Source: Candidatus Lindowbacteria bacterium RIFCSPLOWO2_12_FULL_62_27 (lineage in GTDB: Bacteria > Lindowbacteria > 2-12-FULL-62-27). Taken from it: a stretch of DNA of 64,000 nucleotides. Numbering within the stretch: the first letter of the stretch is position 1; each line of letters begins with the position of its first letter. The stretch is taken from contig MFPR01000043.1 in NCBI GenBank assembly GCA_001784175.1, positions 124,001-188,000 of the forward strand, in the 5' to 3' direction. Positions 9,767-22,603 of the stretch are shown one piece after another. The notes beneath the pieces were generated by a model. That model saw only the letters and a list, made by a program, of their open reading frames with translations, was not told the DNA's origin and did no database searches. A program made the translations under genes and the position numbers.

Positions 9767-10627
9767 TTACGCGCGCTCCTGGCCGGCCACTGAAAACTCG
9801 ATGATCGTCACTTCCGGCGGGCATCCGATTCGCATCGGCACGAGGACGGCGCCGACGCCGCGCGTGATGTACATCGCGCCGCGCCCGGCCGGATAAAGCC
9901 CCGCGACATATTTCAGGCCGAACCTCGAGGCCGTCATGGCCTGCCGGACAAACGGCAGAATGATCTGGCCGCCGTGCGTGTGGCCGGCGAGAAGTGTGCC
10001 GTGGAACGAGTCGGGCAACATGGGCGCGAGGTCCGGCGTATGTTCGAGGACGATCGCGCCCGGATGATCCTCCAGCGACTCCATCTGGCGCCGAACCTCC
10101 CGCCAGGTCAGATTGAACATGTTGTCCAAGCCTGTGAGTGGAATGCGACCGGGACCTCGCTCAAGAAAAATCGTCTCGTTGCGCAGGAGGCGGACGCCGG
10201 TTCGGTCGAATTCCCGCATGACGTCGCGCTCGCCCCAGTTGAATTCGTGGTTGCCCAAAACGGCGTACGCGCCCAGCGGCGCCGTCACGTCGCGCACCAT
10301 GGACACCAGGTCCGCCAGGCTCCCCCGTTCGCCCCAGCCGGTGATGAGATCGCCGCCGAAGCAGAAGACGTCCGGCCGCTCGGCCTGCGCCATTTCAATG
10401 GACCGCAGAACGAGCGCGGAACCGACGCCGCCGCCCCCGCCGTAATGGATGTCGGAAAGAAAGGCGATTTTCAGGCCATGAAAGGATTTCGGCCAAGTGG
10501 GACGGTCCAGTTTCACGCGGACGAGTTCCAGGCAGTCCGGGGACAATCCCAGCCCGTGGACGCTCCGCGCGCCCATCGCCGCCACACCGCCGGCGGCGGC
10601 GAGTTTCAGAAAAGTTCTTCGATTCAA
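9767..10627 (-). CDS. Tat-exported metallophosphoesterase (YkuE-like)
   Basis: NRRTFLK Tat motif; SDIH, GGD, GNHE, AGHTHGGQ. Confidence 0.92.
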   Translation of the reverse strand: MNRRTFLKLAAAGGVAAMGARSVHGLGLSPDCLELVRVKLDRPTWPKSFHGLKIAFLSDIHYGGGGGVGSALVLRSIEMAQAERPDVFCFGGDLITGWGERGSLADLVSMVRDVTAPLGAYAVLGNHEFNWGERDVMREFDRTGVRLLRNETIFLERGPGRIPLTGLDNMFNLTWREVRRQMESLEDHPGAIVLEHTPDLAPMLPDSFHGTLLAGHTHGGQIILPFVRQAMTASRFGLKYVAGLYPAGRGAMYITRGVGAVLVPMRIGCPPEVTIIEFSVAGQERA

Positions 10628-10648
10628 TTCAGCGCGTGAAGCGCGTGG

Positions 10649-10864
10649 CTACGCCCAAACGTCGAGGTTGTCGCCAGGCGATCCTGAATTTTCTTTTGAA
10701 ATCATGTTGCCGATGTCGGCGGGCGGCTCTTTGCGCAAAGGTGGCGGCGGAATCTCCCACAGCATCGCAACCGCCTTGTATCCGAACGCCGCGCGGCCGA
10801 TGTGGCTCAGGTTGGCCTGAGCCCCACGCCACTCGAGGCCCATCGAATCCACTATGGACGGCAT
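10649..10864 (-). CDS. Small hypothetical protein ending in GxNLDVxA (YjfB/flagellar-associated-like tail)
   Basis: ATG at 10864 with AGGGGG SD; C-terminus PGDNLDVWA; own promoter upstream. Confidence 0.5.
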   Translation of the reverse strand: MPSIVDSMGLEWRGAQANLSHIGRAAFGYKAVAMLWEIPPPPLRKEPPADIGNMISKENSGSPGDNLDVWA

Positions 10865-10976
10865 ATGGAAACCCCCTGTTTCCGGTCCGGCTGGCCGGCT
10901 TGCGGCGCCGCCAACCGAACGCTCTCCCCTCTGCCGAATCCCTTTGGCAAAGTCCCCTCCCGGTTCGAGTGGGTGT

Positions 10977-11005
10977 ATTGTCCGGCATGAGGGGTCCGTT
11001 GTCAA
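10977..11005 (-). promoter_or_regulatory. Sigma70-type promoter preceding a structured leader
   Basis: TTGACA-N17-GACAAT on minus strand. Confidence 0.5.
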
Positions 11006-11008
11006 GTT

Positions 11009-12169
11009 TCACAGGACGCGGAGGAGCATCCCTTTTAAATATTCGCCCTCCGGATGGTCGATGCTGACCGGATGGTCCTGGTCGGGGCCGAACCGGTCGA
11101 GGACCTGGGCCGGGCGGCGGGCGTCGAGCGCGGCGGCGAAGACGACTTTCTGAAAGAGGTCGGCGTCGATGTGGTGGGAACAGCAGAACGCCGCGAGGAG
11201 CCCGCCGGGCTGCAGCGCCTTCATCGCCAGGCGCTGCACGTCCTTGTATCCCCGGCACGCGCCCTCCACTTCGTTCTTCCGCCGCGCGAAACTCGGCGGA
11301 TCGAGAACCACCGCGTCGAACGGGCCGATCGTGGGCTGACGCAAATATCGAAACACGTCCTGGCAGACAAACTCGGCGCCGCCCGGGCCGCCGTTCGAGT
11401 CCCAGTTCCGCTCGCATAAACTCAGCGCGTCGCCGGAAAGATCCACGAACGTCACCTTCTCAAACTTGTCCCGCATCGTGACGCCGAACGCGCCGGAATA
11501 ACAGAAAAGGTCCAGAAGATCGTGCGACCGGGCCGGAAGCCATTCCCGAAGACGGCGGAGATTTTTTCTCTGGTCAAGATAGAATCCCGTCTTGTGGCCG
11601 CGCGGAATGTCCACCCAGAATGAACGGTCATCGACGCGGGTTCGCGCCGCCGACTCGGGCGCCGCGCCGTAGATCGGGCCGGCGCGGTCCGGCAGGCCTT
11701 CCTCGGTCCGGCCGGTGCTCTTTTCGTACAGGTTCGGCTCTTGAAAAACAGCCCGGATCGCCGCCGTGACCGCGTCTCTCTGCCGGTCGGCGCCTTCGGT
11801 CAAAAGCTGCAGGACGAGCGTGTCGCCGTATTTGTCCAGAATGATCCCGGGAAGGAAATCTCCCTCGCTGTTGACGTACCGGACCGCGTCTGTTTTCTCG
11901 AGGAGCGCCGATCGGCGCGCTCGCGCATCGGTCAGGCGCCGGGGGAGCAGCTCGGAAAAATCCGCGGGGACTTCGCCGAAGGACCACATCCGGACGCGGA
12001 TCTGCGACTGCGGGGACCGCAGTCCGAACCCGAGCGTGCGGCCGCCCGCGTCCTGAACCTCGGCCCATGCTTCCGCGCCGGTCTCGTCCGAAATCGCGCC
12101 GGAAAAAATCCAAGGGTGCCGCCGTTGCGCGGATTTCTCGCGGCCTTTTTTCAGTCGGACGACGGACAA
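11009..12169 (-). CDS. rlmI: 23S rRNA m5C1962-type methyltransferase (RlmI family)
   Basis: RHPWIFSGAI PUA domain, GHKTGFYLDQR, LDLFCYSGAF, VLDPPSF. Confidence 0.88.
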   Translation of the reverse strand: MSVVRLKKGREKSAQRRHPWIFSGAISDETGAEAWAEVQDAGGRTLGFGLRSPQSQIRVRMWSFGEVPADFSELLPRRLTDARARRSALLEKTDAVRYVNSEGDFLPGIILDKYGDTLVLQLLTEGADRQRDAVTAAIRAVFQEPNLYEKSTGRTEEGLPDRAGPIYGAAPESAARTRVDDRSFWVDIPRGHKTGFYLDQRKNLRRLREWLPARSHDLLDLFCYSGAFGVTMRDKFEKVTFVDLSGDALSLCERNWDSNGGPGGAEFVCQDVFRYLRQPTIGPFDAVVLDPPSFARRKNEVEGACRGYKDVQRLAMKALQPGGLLAAFCCSHHIDADLFQKVVFAAALDARRPAQVLDRFGPDQDHPVSIDHPEGEYLKGMLLRVL

Positions 12170-12184
12170 GCGTGCGGCCGCCGG

Positions 12185-13897
12185 TTAGCCGGTGACCGCG
12201 CCTTCGGAGGCGGACGAAACGAGTTGCGCGTATTTGGCCATCACGCCGGATTGGTAACAGGGCTTGGGCGGTTTCCACTTGGCGAGTCGGCGCTTGAGTT
12301 CGGCCGCCGTAAGATCGGCGTCGAGACGGCGGCGGGGAATATCGAAGGTGATGAGGTCGCCGTTTTTGAGGGCTGCGATCGGGCCGCCCTTGATCGCCTC
12401 CGGGGACACGTGGCCCACCATGAGGCCATGGGTGGCGCCGCTGAACCGGCCGTCCGTCATGAGCGCGACTTTGTCGCCGAGCCCCGCGCCGACCAGCGCG
12501 GCGGTCACCTGCAGCATCTCGCGCATGCCGGGCCCGCCGGCCGGACCCTCGTACCGGATCACGACGACGTCGCCGGCTTTGATTCTTTTTTTCCGGATGG
12601 CGGCAAACGCGTCCTCCTCGCAGTCGAACACTTTCGCGGGGCCGCGGAACGTCGGCTTCGCTGATTTCTTCCCGTTCCGCTGCACTTCCTCCGCAGAAAA
12701 ATGGCCTGCGACCTTCAACACGCAACCCTCCGGCGCCAGATTGCCTTTCAAAATCACCAGCCCGCCGTGCCGGCTGATCGGATCGGTCACGGAATGGACC
12801 ACCTTGCGCTCGTCCATCGACACTTGCGCGTCCCGAATCTCGTCGGCCATCGTCCGGCCGGTCACGGTGAGGGTGTCGCCATGAAGGAAGCCGGCGTCAA
12901 AGAGGCGGCGCAGCACCAGCGGAATTCCGCCGACGGTGTACAGGTCGCTCGCCACGAATTTCCCCCAGGGTTTCAGGTCGGCCAAAAGGGGCGTCGCGGC
13001 GCTGATGCGGTCGAAGTCCTCGATATCGAGCCGCACGCCCGCAGTGCGGGCGAGTGCGAGAAGATGGAGGACGCCGTTGGTGGAGCCTCCGGTGGCCGCG
13101 AGCGCGCGGATGGCGTTGACGATCGCCTTGCGCGTGATGATCTGTTTCGGCCGGATGTTGCGGCGGATCAGTTCCATGACGAGCCGGCCGGTGCGCCGCG
13201 CGGCCTCGTCTTTCGCCGGATCAACGGCCGGGATGCCGTTCAGCCCGAGCGGAGAAATCCCGATGGCTTCCATGCAGGTCGACATCGTGTTGGCGGTGAA
13301 CTGCCCGCCGCAGGCGCCGACACCGGGGCAGGCGACGTTTTCGATTTCTCGGAGGTCCGACTCGCTCATTTTGCCCGCGTTGTAGGCGCCGATGCACTCG
13401 TACACGTCCTGGATCGTGACGGTCCGGCCGCGCCACTTGCCCGGCGCGATCGTGCCGCCGTAGAGCATGAGCGACGGAAGATTCAGCCGGAGCAGCGCCA
13501 TTACGGTGCCCGGAATGGTCTTGTCGCATCCCGACAGAGCCACAACGCCGTCGAAGAGGTGGCCGCGGACGCACAGCTCGATCGAGTCCGCCACGACTTC
13601 CCGGCTGATCAGCGAGGCCTTCATCCCTTCGGTGCCCATCGATATCCCGTCGCTGACGGAAATGGTGTTGAATTCGACCGGCGTGCCGCCCGCTTCCCGC
13701 ACGCCTTCCTTCACGCGTTCCGCCAGCTTGTCCAGATGATAATTGCACGGCATGATTTCGATCCATGTGTTCGCGATCCCGATGATGGGCTTCCGCAGGT
13801 CTTCGTCCGTGAATCCCACCGCCTTCATCATCGCCCGCGCGCCCGCGCGGTTCGGCCCTTCGAGAATCGTTCTGCTGTTTCTCACCGGTATGCTCAT
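12185..13897 (-). CDS. ilvD: Dihydroxy-acid dehydratase
   Basis: [55 protein letters not shown] before ATG 13897. Confidence 0.97.
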   Translation of the reverse strand: MSIPVRNSRTILEGPNRAGARAMMKAVGFTDEDLRKPIIGIANTWIEIMPCNYHLDKLAERVKEGVREAGGTPVEFNTISVSDGISMGTEGMKASLISREVVADSIELCVRGHLFDGVVALSGCDKTIPGTVMALLRLNLPSLMLYGGTIAPGKWRGRTVTIQDVYECIGAYNAGKMSESDLREIENVACPGVGACGGQFTANTMSTCMEAIGISPLGLNGIPAVDPAKDEAARRTGRLVMELIRRNIRPKQIITRKAIVNAIRALAATGGSTNGVLHLLALARTAGVRLDIEDFDRISAATPLLADLKPWGKFVASDLYTVGGIPLVLRRLFDAGFLHGDTLTVTGRTMADEIRDAQVSMDERKVVHSVTDPISRHGGLVILKGNLAPEGCVLKVAGHFSAEEVQRNGKKSAKPTFRGPAKVFDCEEDAFAAIRKKRIKAGDVVVIRYEGPAGGPGMREMLQVTAALVGAGLGDKVALMTDGRFSGATHGLMVGHVSPEAIKGGPIAALKNGDLITFDIPRRRLDADLTAAELKRRLAKWKPPKPCYQSGVMAKYAQLVSSASEGAVTG

Positions 13898-13952
13898 CTG
13901 AGGAAAACCTCCTGATAAATTTGCCTCCACACTAACACGGCTCGGCCGCAGG

Positions 13953-15248
13953 TCAAGTTTGCGCCGCCGGGATTTTTTTGAGCACGCTCAGGCTCTCGAT
14001 GTGGTGCGTCCGGCCGAATTGGTCAAACAGTTGAACCGAGTCGATCTCGTACCCGCCGGCCATTACCAGATCCGCCAGATCGCGCGCCAGGGTCGCGGGA
14101 TGACAGGACACGTAACAGAGTAGCGGCGCGGACAACTTCTCGATCGCGCGGCGAACTTCCACCTCGATCCCGGCGCGCGGCGGATCGACGATGATGGCGC
14201 CGGCGGTTCCGCGAAATCGCTTCAAAAAAGATTTTGCGGTTCCACGATACGGCGCCACATTCGTAACATGATTCTCGGAAACATTCTGTTCCAGGTCCCG
14301 AACGGCCGACTCGCCGATCTCCACGCAATAGACCCCGAGCATTTTCCGAGCGAGTTGTATCCCAAATGTCCCGACCCCGGCGTATAGGTCCAACAGGTTC
14401 TCGTTCAGACGGTTATCGCCTGTTTCCGCCGTTATTATTTCGGCGACCCTGTCTGCAAGTCTCTGGACAACAGAGGGATCAGGCTGAAAAAACGCGTCGT
14501 GACTGACCCGAAACCGGTATATCGAGCCGGGCGCCTCTCCATATATATATAGGACCTCTGGAGACCCGAAAACCGGCCGGTCGTTCACGAGCAGGCCCGT
14601 GACCTTGAGGTCCCGCAGACTGTCGAACAAGGCGGGATTGGGAGGCAGGGGAGACTCGGCGGTCAGATTCACCACAAACCCAACGTCCCCTTCCCTGAAC
14701 TTGACGACCTGATAGCCGGCCAACCGTCCCTGCAACATCTCCACGGCGCAATTAAGCCGCGGCCGCTGAAGCCGGCATCCCTCAAACCCTGCGCCCTCAA
14801 ACGGCACGACATCGTGACTGTCCCGCCGAAACAATCCGATCTTTCCGGCGGCGTCTATTTTGAGCTGGACAAACGCGCGGTATCCCTCCGGCGCGAGCGC
14901 CGGAACGGGCGGCAGAATGCGTGGCTTCAGTTTGCCGACGCGCTCCAGCGTTTCCGCCAGGACTTGCTGTTTGAGTTCAAGTTCGTTCGCGTAATCCGTA
15001 TGCAGGAAACCGCATCCGCCGCAGGACAGAAAGAGCGGACAGGAAGGTTTCACGCGCCGCGGGCTCGGATGGATCACGCCGGCGAGTTCGCCCCGGGTGA
15101 CGCCATGCCGCGCCTCACCGCGCCTGACCCGCACGGTCTCGCCGGGCAGGACGCCGGGCACGAGAATCACCATGCCGTCCGCCCGGGCCAGCCCCGCGCC
15201 GCCTTGGACGATCTTCTCGATGACCACCTGCTCGCCGGATTCGGTCAT
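13953..15248 (-). CDS. rlmD: 23S rRNA (uracil-5)-methyltransferase, RlmD/TrmA family
   Basis: TRAM domain, [10 protein letters not shown] Fe-S motif, [28 protein letters not shown]. Confidence 0.85.
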   Translation of the reverse strand: MTESGEQVVIEKIVQGGAGLARADGMVILVPGVLPGETVRVRRGEARHGVTRGELAGVIHPSPRRVKPSCPLFLSCGGCGFLHTDYANELELKQQVLAETLERVGKLKPRILPPVPALAPEGYRAFVQLKIDAAGKIGLFRRDSHDVVPFEGAGFEGCRLQRPRLNCAVEMLQGRLAGYQVVKFREGDVGFVVNLTAESPLPPNPALFDSLRDLKVTGLLVNDRPVFGSPEVLYIYGEAPGSIYRFRVSHDAFFQPDPSVVQRLADRVAEIITAETGDNRLNENLLDLYAGVGTFGIQLARKMLGVYCVEIGESAVRDLEQNVSENHVTNVAPYRGTAKSFLKRFRGTAGAIIVDPPRAGIEVEVRRAIEKLSAPLLCYVSCHPATLARDLADLVMAGGYEIDSVQLFDQFGRTHHIESLSVLKKIPAAQT

Positions 15249-15308
15249 GCGGAAAGATCATATCAGAAAAATTGACTCCGTTCTCAAACTGCCGTATGCT
15301 GTACCGCT

Positions 15309-15809
15309 ATGGAAGAGGCGACGGGCGATATTGGGCAGTTTTTGAAGTGCGTCGACTTGTTTCAGGACTTGGACGACAACGAGCTTGCGGCCCTGATTGC
15401 GAAGGCGAAGGATGACCGGCACGAGGACAAGGCGTTCATTTTCAAGGAGCGCGAGATTGGGGACGCCATGTTTGTGGTGCTGGACGGAGTCGTCAAGATC
15501 GTGAAGCTGGTGGCCGGGAACAAGTTCAAGACGCTGGTGACGATGGGGGTCGGCGATTTTTTCGGCGAGATGGCCCTCCTTGACGGCCAGCCGCGGTCGG
15601 CCTCGGCCGTGTCCCATGGCGTGTCCCGGGTCCTCAGAATCGGCCGCGAGGAATTTTCGGCCCTCATGACTGAGAATCCCTATCTCGGGCTCAAGGTCGT
15701 CATCCGGCTCGCCCGGAACCTGACCGACCGGCTGCGCAAGACCAACGAACAGGTCGTCGAGATGGTGTCGTGGAACCTCCAGCAGAGAGACATGAACAAA
15801 CCCCAGTAG
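15309..15809 (+). CDS. Stand-alone cyclic nucleotide-binding domain protein
   Basis: GDFFGEMALLDGQPRSASAV; no HTH domain; promoter TTGACT-N17-TATGCT 8 nt upstream of ATG. Confidence 0.92.
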   Translation: MEEATGDIGQFLKCVDLFQDLDDNELAALIAKAKDDRHEDKAFIFKEREIGDAMFVVLDGVVKIVKLVAGNKFKTLVTMGVGDFFGEMALLDGQPRSASAVSHGVSRVLRIGREEFSALMTENPYLGLKVVIRLARNLTDRLRKTNEQVVEMVSWNLQQRDMNKPQ

Positions 15810-15835
15810 GGGATTCGTCGCCGTCTTTTCCCCCT

Positions 15836-16255
15836 GTGCCGGATCCGTGGGGCGAAGAGCGAAGAAGAAAAATCACGAGGTGGACGACCGCCGCGAGCCT
15901 GGTCGGGGTGCTGATCGTTCTGTTTCCTTTCTACATCCATGCCTTGATCGGGATCTTCGACATGCAAATCGTTTCGACAGTGGACGGGCGGCCCATCCGA
16001 TACCGGCACATTGCAGTGTCGCTGGGCGAAGTGTCCATGCTGACGGCCCGGACGGGAAAATCGGATGCGGTGCACGAAAAAAAACGCGAGCTTGAATATG
16101 CGGCCCTCGTCCGGCTGGAAGTCTCGATCCTCCGGAAAAACCTGCGCGACGCCGGCGACACGATCGACGCGGACATGTCGGATGAACAACTGTTCGACTG
16201 GGCCCGCTCCATGGGCCGCATCGTTCGCGTGGAAGCCTGGAAGCGACCCCGGTGA
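15836..16255 (+). CDS. Hypothetical membrane protein
   Basis: One TM helix; stop overlaps next start (GTGA); start uncertain. Confidence 0.5.
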   Translation: MPDPWGEERRRKITRWTTAASLVGVLIVLFPFYIHALIGIFDMQIVSTVDGRPIRYRHIAVSLGEVSMLTARTGKSDAVHEKKRELEYAALVRLEVSILRKNLRDAGDTIDADMSDEQLFDWARSMGRIVRVEAWKRPR

Positions 16256-16833
16256 TCGTCGGCGTCCTGCTCACCGCCGGCGAGTCCTCCCGCATGGGCC
16301 GCGCCAAGGCCCTGCTCCCGTTCGGCCGCCGAACGTTTTCCCGGTCGGTGGTGGCGGCGATGCGGGCCGCCGGCCTGAAACAGATTCTGGTGGTGGTGGG
16401 CCATGATCCCGGCCCTGTGATCGCTCATGTCTGCGATCTCGGCATACGCTTCGTCTACAATCGCCGCTGGCCGCTCGGCCAGATCACGAGCCTGCAAGCC
16501 GCCATCCGCGCGTGCCCCCGCTCGGCCGGCGGTCTCCTCGTCACGCTTGTCGATCAGCCGGGAATTCGGCCTTCAACGATCCGTCAAATGGCGGCGGAAC
16601 ACCGCCGCCGGCCTCGTCACATCCTGGTTGCGTCGTTTCGGCGTCGCGCGGGCCATCCGGTCGTGTTTCCCTGGCGTTTCTTCCGCGATCTCTTGACAGC
16701 GCCGCCGGAGGAGGGCGCGCGCGCGGTATTGCGCCGCCGTTCCTCCGCCCGCGATTTTGTTGCAGTCATGGATCCGGCGGTCGTCCGCGACGTGGACACG
16801 CGCCGGCAGTATTCGTTGCTCGTCGCTCGTTAA
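16252..16833 (+). CDS. MocA/MobA-like NTP transferase (molybdenum cofactor cytidylyltransferase family)
   Basis: LTAGESSRMGRAKALL, LVDQP, GHPVVF, DVDT. Confidence 0.88.
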   Translation: MIVGVLLTAGESSRMGRAKALLPFGRRTFSRSVVAAMRAAGLKQILVVVGHDPGPVIAHVCDLGIRFVYNRRWPLGQITSLQAAIRACPRSAGGLLVTLVDQPGIRPSTIRQMAAEHRRRPRHILVASFRRRAGHPVVFPWRFFRDLLTAPPEEGARAVLRRRSSARDFVAVMDPAVVRDVDTRRQYSLLVAR

Positions 16834-16839
16834 GACAGA

Positions 16840-19776
<2,937 letters not shown>

Positions 19777-19780
19777 ATGA

Positions 19781-21172
19781 CTATACCGCCATCCGCACTT
19801 TGCGGATGTACTCGCAGAAGTCCCGACGCGGATAGATGGACAGGCGGGAGTTTTTGGCCTTGATCTGAGCCTCAAATGAAAATCCGCCGGTCGTGAAATA
19901 GAGCGGATACTCGACGTGCTTCTCTTCGCATTCGATGAAAAACGACCGGATCGTCAGCTCCCCCACGTCGATCGCGGCGCCCCGCTGGAAATACAGGAGC
20001 ACGATCCGGTCCTTCCCCGTCTCCTCCAGCCTCGCGTCGATCTTCACGTCAATGTCGCTCACGGTCTGCACGGTCGAAATCTTGTAGCCCAGATGCTTCG
20101 TGATCTTGCACACCAGATCGGCAAAATCGTCCATCCGCATCCGGTTGACCTCGTCCGCAAGGTCGTCGTCGGACAAAAGCTCGTAGGATTCGCGCAGGAG
20201 GTCGCGGACGTCCTTGTAATTCCGGTCCAGATTGTAGACTTCCGAAAAGGACGTCCGCGCCTCGTCCTTCCGGTCCAGCTCCAGGTATGCCCGGCCCAGA
20301 TAATATTTCACGGATTTCAGCGTCCGGCCGTCTTCGAGGGGACAGATCGTTTCAGCCTTTTTTAATTTCTGGATGGCGTCGTCATACTGGCCTTCCAGAT
20401 ACGACAGCTTGCCAAGCTGGACTGTCGCGCTCACGTGGTTGGGGTCAAGTTCCGACGTGATTTCGGTCACGACCGTCCATGCCTCCACCTGTTTCTCGTT
20501 GTTCCGGGCCGTCCGATGGAGATTGGCGAGCCGGATCCAGAGATTGACGTTTTTCCGGTCCGATTCGAGCCGGCGCGCCAGCACCTCGGCGGCCCTGGCG
20601 TGCTGGCCCTTGGCGGAATAGGCGTGCGAGAGCGTTTCCATCGCCTCGGTGTGTGCGGGGTCGAGATCGATGACGCTTTCCAGCATCGGAATGCACTGGT
20701 CGTAATCGCGAACGGCGTAGAGGAGCTTGGAAAGCTCAAACCGCGCCTCCTTGTTCTTCGGCTCAAGTTCGATGAGCCGCTTGAAGGCCGTGACGGCTTC
20801 GGCGCGCTTGTTGATCTTCGAAAGGCTCCAGGCCAGCTTCGAAAGCACCTGCGCCTCCGTCACCTCCCAGCGCTCGACCGCGCCCGCCTTGTCGGGCTCG
20901 GCGGCCATGATCTTGACGATTTTTTCCAGATACCGGATCGCCGCGTCCGATTTGTCCGTCGACAGGTTCAGCAGCGCCAGTTGCCAGAGGGAGGGCACAT
21001 GCTTTTCCTGCCAGCCGACCACGCGCTTCAGAAGGTCCATCGCCTCCTGCGGTTTGCCGGCCGTGATTTTCTTCATGGCCAGCGAAAAGTTGGACCGGAC
21101 AAAAAATGTCAGCGTCAGGACGGCGGCGATGCACAAAATCGTCGCCAGCGTGAGCAGAAGCGTCACAAACAT
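19781..21172 (-). CDS. Membrane-anchored TPR protein with C-terminal Mrr-like restriction endonuclease fold
   Basis: N-terminal TM, many TPRs, then FADLVCKITKHLGY...VGELTIRSF...FTTGGFSFEA. Confidence 0.8.
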   Translation of the reverse strand: MFVTLLLTLATILCIAAVLTLTFFVRSNFSLAMKKITAGKPQEAMDLLKRVVGWQEKHVPSLWQLALLNLSTDKSDAAIRYLEKIVKIMAAEPDKAGAVERWEVTEAQVLSKLAWSLSKINKRAEAVTAFKRLIELEPKNKEARFELSKLLYAVRDYDQCIPMLESVIDLDPAHTEAMETLSHAYSAKGQHARAAEVLARRLESDRKNVNLWIRLANLHRTARNNEKQVEAWTVVTEITSELDPNHVSATVQLGKLSYLEGQYDDAIQKLKKAETICPLEDGRTLKSVKYYLGRAYLELDRKDEARTSFSEVYNLDRNYKDVRDLLRESYELLSDDDLADEVNRMRMDDFADLVCKITKHLGYKISTVQTVSDIDVKIDARLEETGKDRIVLLYFQRGAAIDVGELTIRSFFIECEEKHVEYPLYFTTGGFSFEAQIKAKNSRLSIYPRRDFCEYIRKVRMAV

Positions 21173-21190
21173 TGGGTCGATGTTCCTTTC

Positions 21191-21721
21191 TCACACTTCG
21201 GCGGCCGGCCTCTTCTCGTGCGCCAGCAGGCGGCGCTTCCACCCGCGTCCGCCGGAAAATCCGCCGATGCCGCCGGCCGCCACGATGCGGTGGCACGGGA
21301 AAAAAATCGGGAAGGGATTGCGCGCCAGCGCCTGGGCCACGGCGCGCCGGTGCTCCGGGCTGAGGCCCATCCGCCGCGCCAGTTCGGTGTAGCTGACCGT
21401 CCTGCCCACCGCCACCCTTCGCGCGGCAAGAATAACGTTGCGGGTAAAGTCCGTCAAGGATGAGAACGAGAAGCAGCGGGCCGGCAACATCGGATGACGC
21501 TTGTGAAGGATATATCGCTCCAAACGGTCCAGTACGAGCCGCAGGGCGGTCCATTCTGCCGGCGTTGCAGACCTGACCGGTTGAACGAGCGCGATCTGCC
21601 GTCGTCGTCGCGGCGTCAAATCGACCGCAAGAAGATCCATGGAAACGAGCCGGGCGTCCTGGAACCGGAGCCGGAACGTTCCAAGGGCCGAACGGCAGGT
21701 GACCGAGAAACGGCGGACCAA
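21191..21721 (-). CDS. ogt: Methylated-DNA-protein-cysteine methyltransferase (MGMT)
   Basis: TVSYTELA, RAVAQALARNP, PCHRIV, GGFSGG. Confidence 0.9.
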   Translation of the reverse strand: MVRRFSVTCRSALGTFRLRFQDARLVSMDLLAVDLTPRRRRQIALVQPVRSATPAEWTALRLVLDRLERYILHKRHPMLPARCFSFSSLTDFTRNVILAARRVAVGRTVSYTELARRMGLSPEHRRAVAQALARNPFPIFFPCHRIVAAGGIGGFSGGRGWKRRLLAHEKRPAAEV

Positions 21722-21724
21722 TCG

Positions 21725-22603
21725 TCAGTCGGAGGACTTGGCCGGGCTGAGCATCGGCAGGCGCTCGTCGTGGATTTTGATGGCGGAGGATTCCTTGAGC
21801 CGCTTGACGAGGTCGGGCAGGAGGCGGGCGTATCGCTCCTGCGTGGCGCTCCGCCGAACCTCCGTTTCGATTTCCTTCAGCGGCGGAACTTTCGGCGGCT
21901 GTATGCCCTCGAGCCGCACCAGGTGCCAGCCGAACCTCGTGCGAATCGGCCGGTCGAGCAGTTCGCCGGACTTCATGGAGAAAACCACCTTTGCGAATTC
22001 CGGCTGAATGTCCTGCCGGCTGTTCCAGCCGAGGTCGCCTCCCTCATGGGCCGACTCGTGGTGCTCGGAGTGCAGCCGGGCCTCCGCGTCGAATTTCGCG
22101 CCGGCCTTGAGCCGCTTCAGAATCTCCTGCGCCTTCTTCTCGTTCGAAACCAGAATGTGCCGGACCCGGCGTTTTTCGGGCGCCGCAAATTCTTGCGCAT
22201 GCGAGTCGTAGTAGGCCTTTACCTCCCTGTCGCTCACCGCCGACTCTGTTCGAAGTTTTTCCTGCAGCAAAAGGAGCAGGATGTCGTTTTTGGCGCGGTC
22301 CATGAGACGGGTGAACTTGGGCGAATCATCGATTTTTCGCCGGTGCGCCTCCTGAACGAGCAGTTTCCATGTGATGTAGTTTTCGACGAATTTTTTCCGG
22401 TTCTCCGGTTTCAGCGCGTCCGCAACGGATTGTTCCGGCAACGCGGCGAGCGCGTCGTTCAATTCCTTCACCGTGATCGGCGTCTGGTCGATCTCGGCCA
22501 CCACCGGGTCCGCCGCCTGCAGGGGGCCGGGCGATACGGCAAGAACCGCAACCATGAGCAGCGCCGTCGACCATGCCCGCCGCAATCGGCCATGGCTGTT
22601 CAT
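21725..22603 (-). CDS. Exported parvulin-type peptidyl-prolyl isomerase (PpiC/PrsA family)
   Basis: Signal peptide; VRHILV, GGDLGW, TRFGWHLVRL. Confidence 0.92.
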   Translation of the reverse strand: MNSHGRLRRAWSTALLMVAVLAVSPGPLQAADPVVAEIDQTPITVKELNDALAALPEQSVADALKPENRKKFVENYITWKLLVQEAHRRKIDDSPKFTRLMDRAKNDILLLLLQEKLRTESAVSDREVKAYYDSHAQEFAAPEKRRVRHILVSNEKKAQEILKRLKAGAKFDAEARLHSEHHESAHEGGDLGWNSRQDIQPEFAKVVFSMKSGELLDRPIRTRFGWHLVRLEGIQPPKVPPLKEIETEVRRSATQERYARLLPDLVKRLKESSAIKIHDERLPMLSPAKSSD

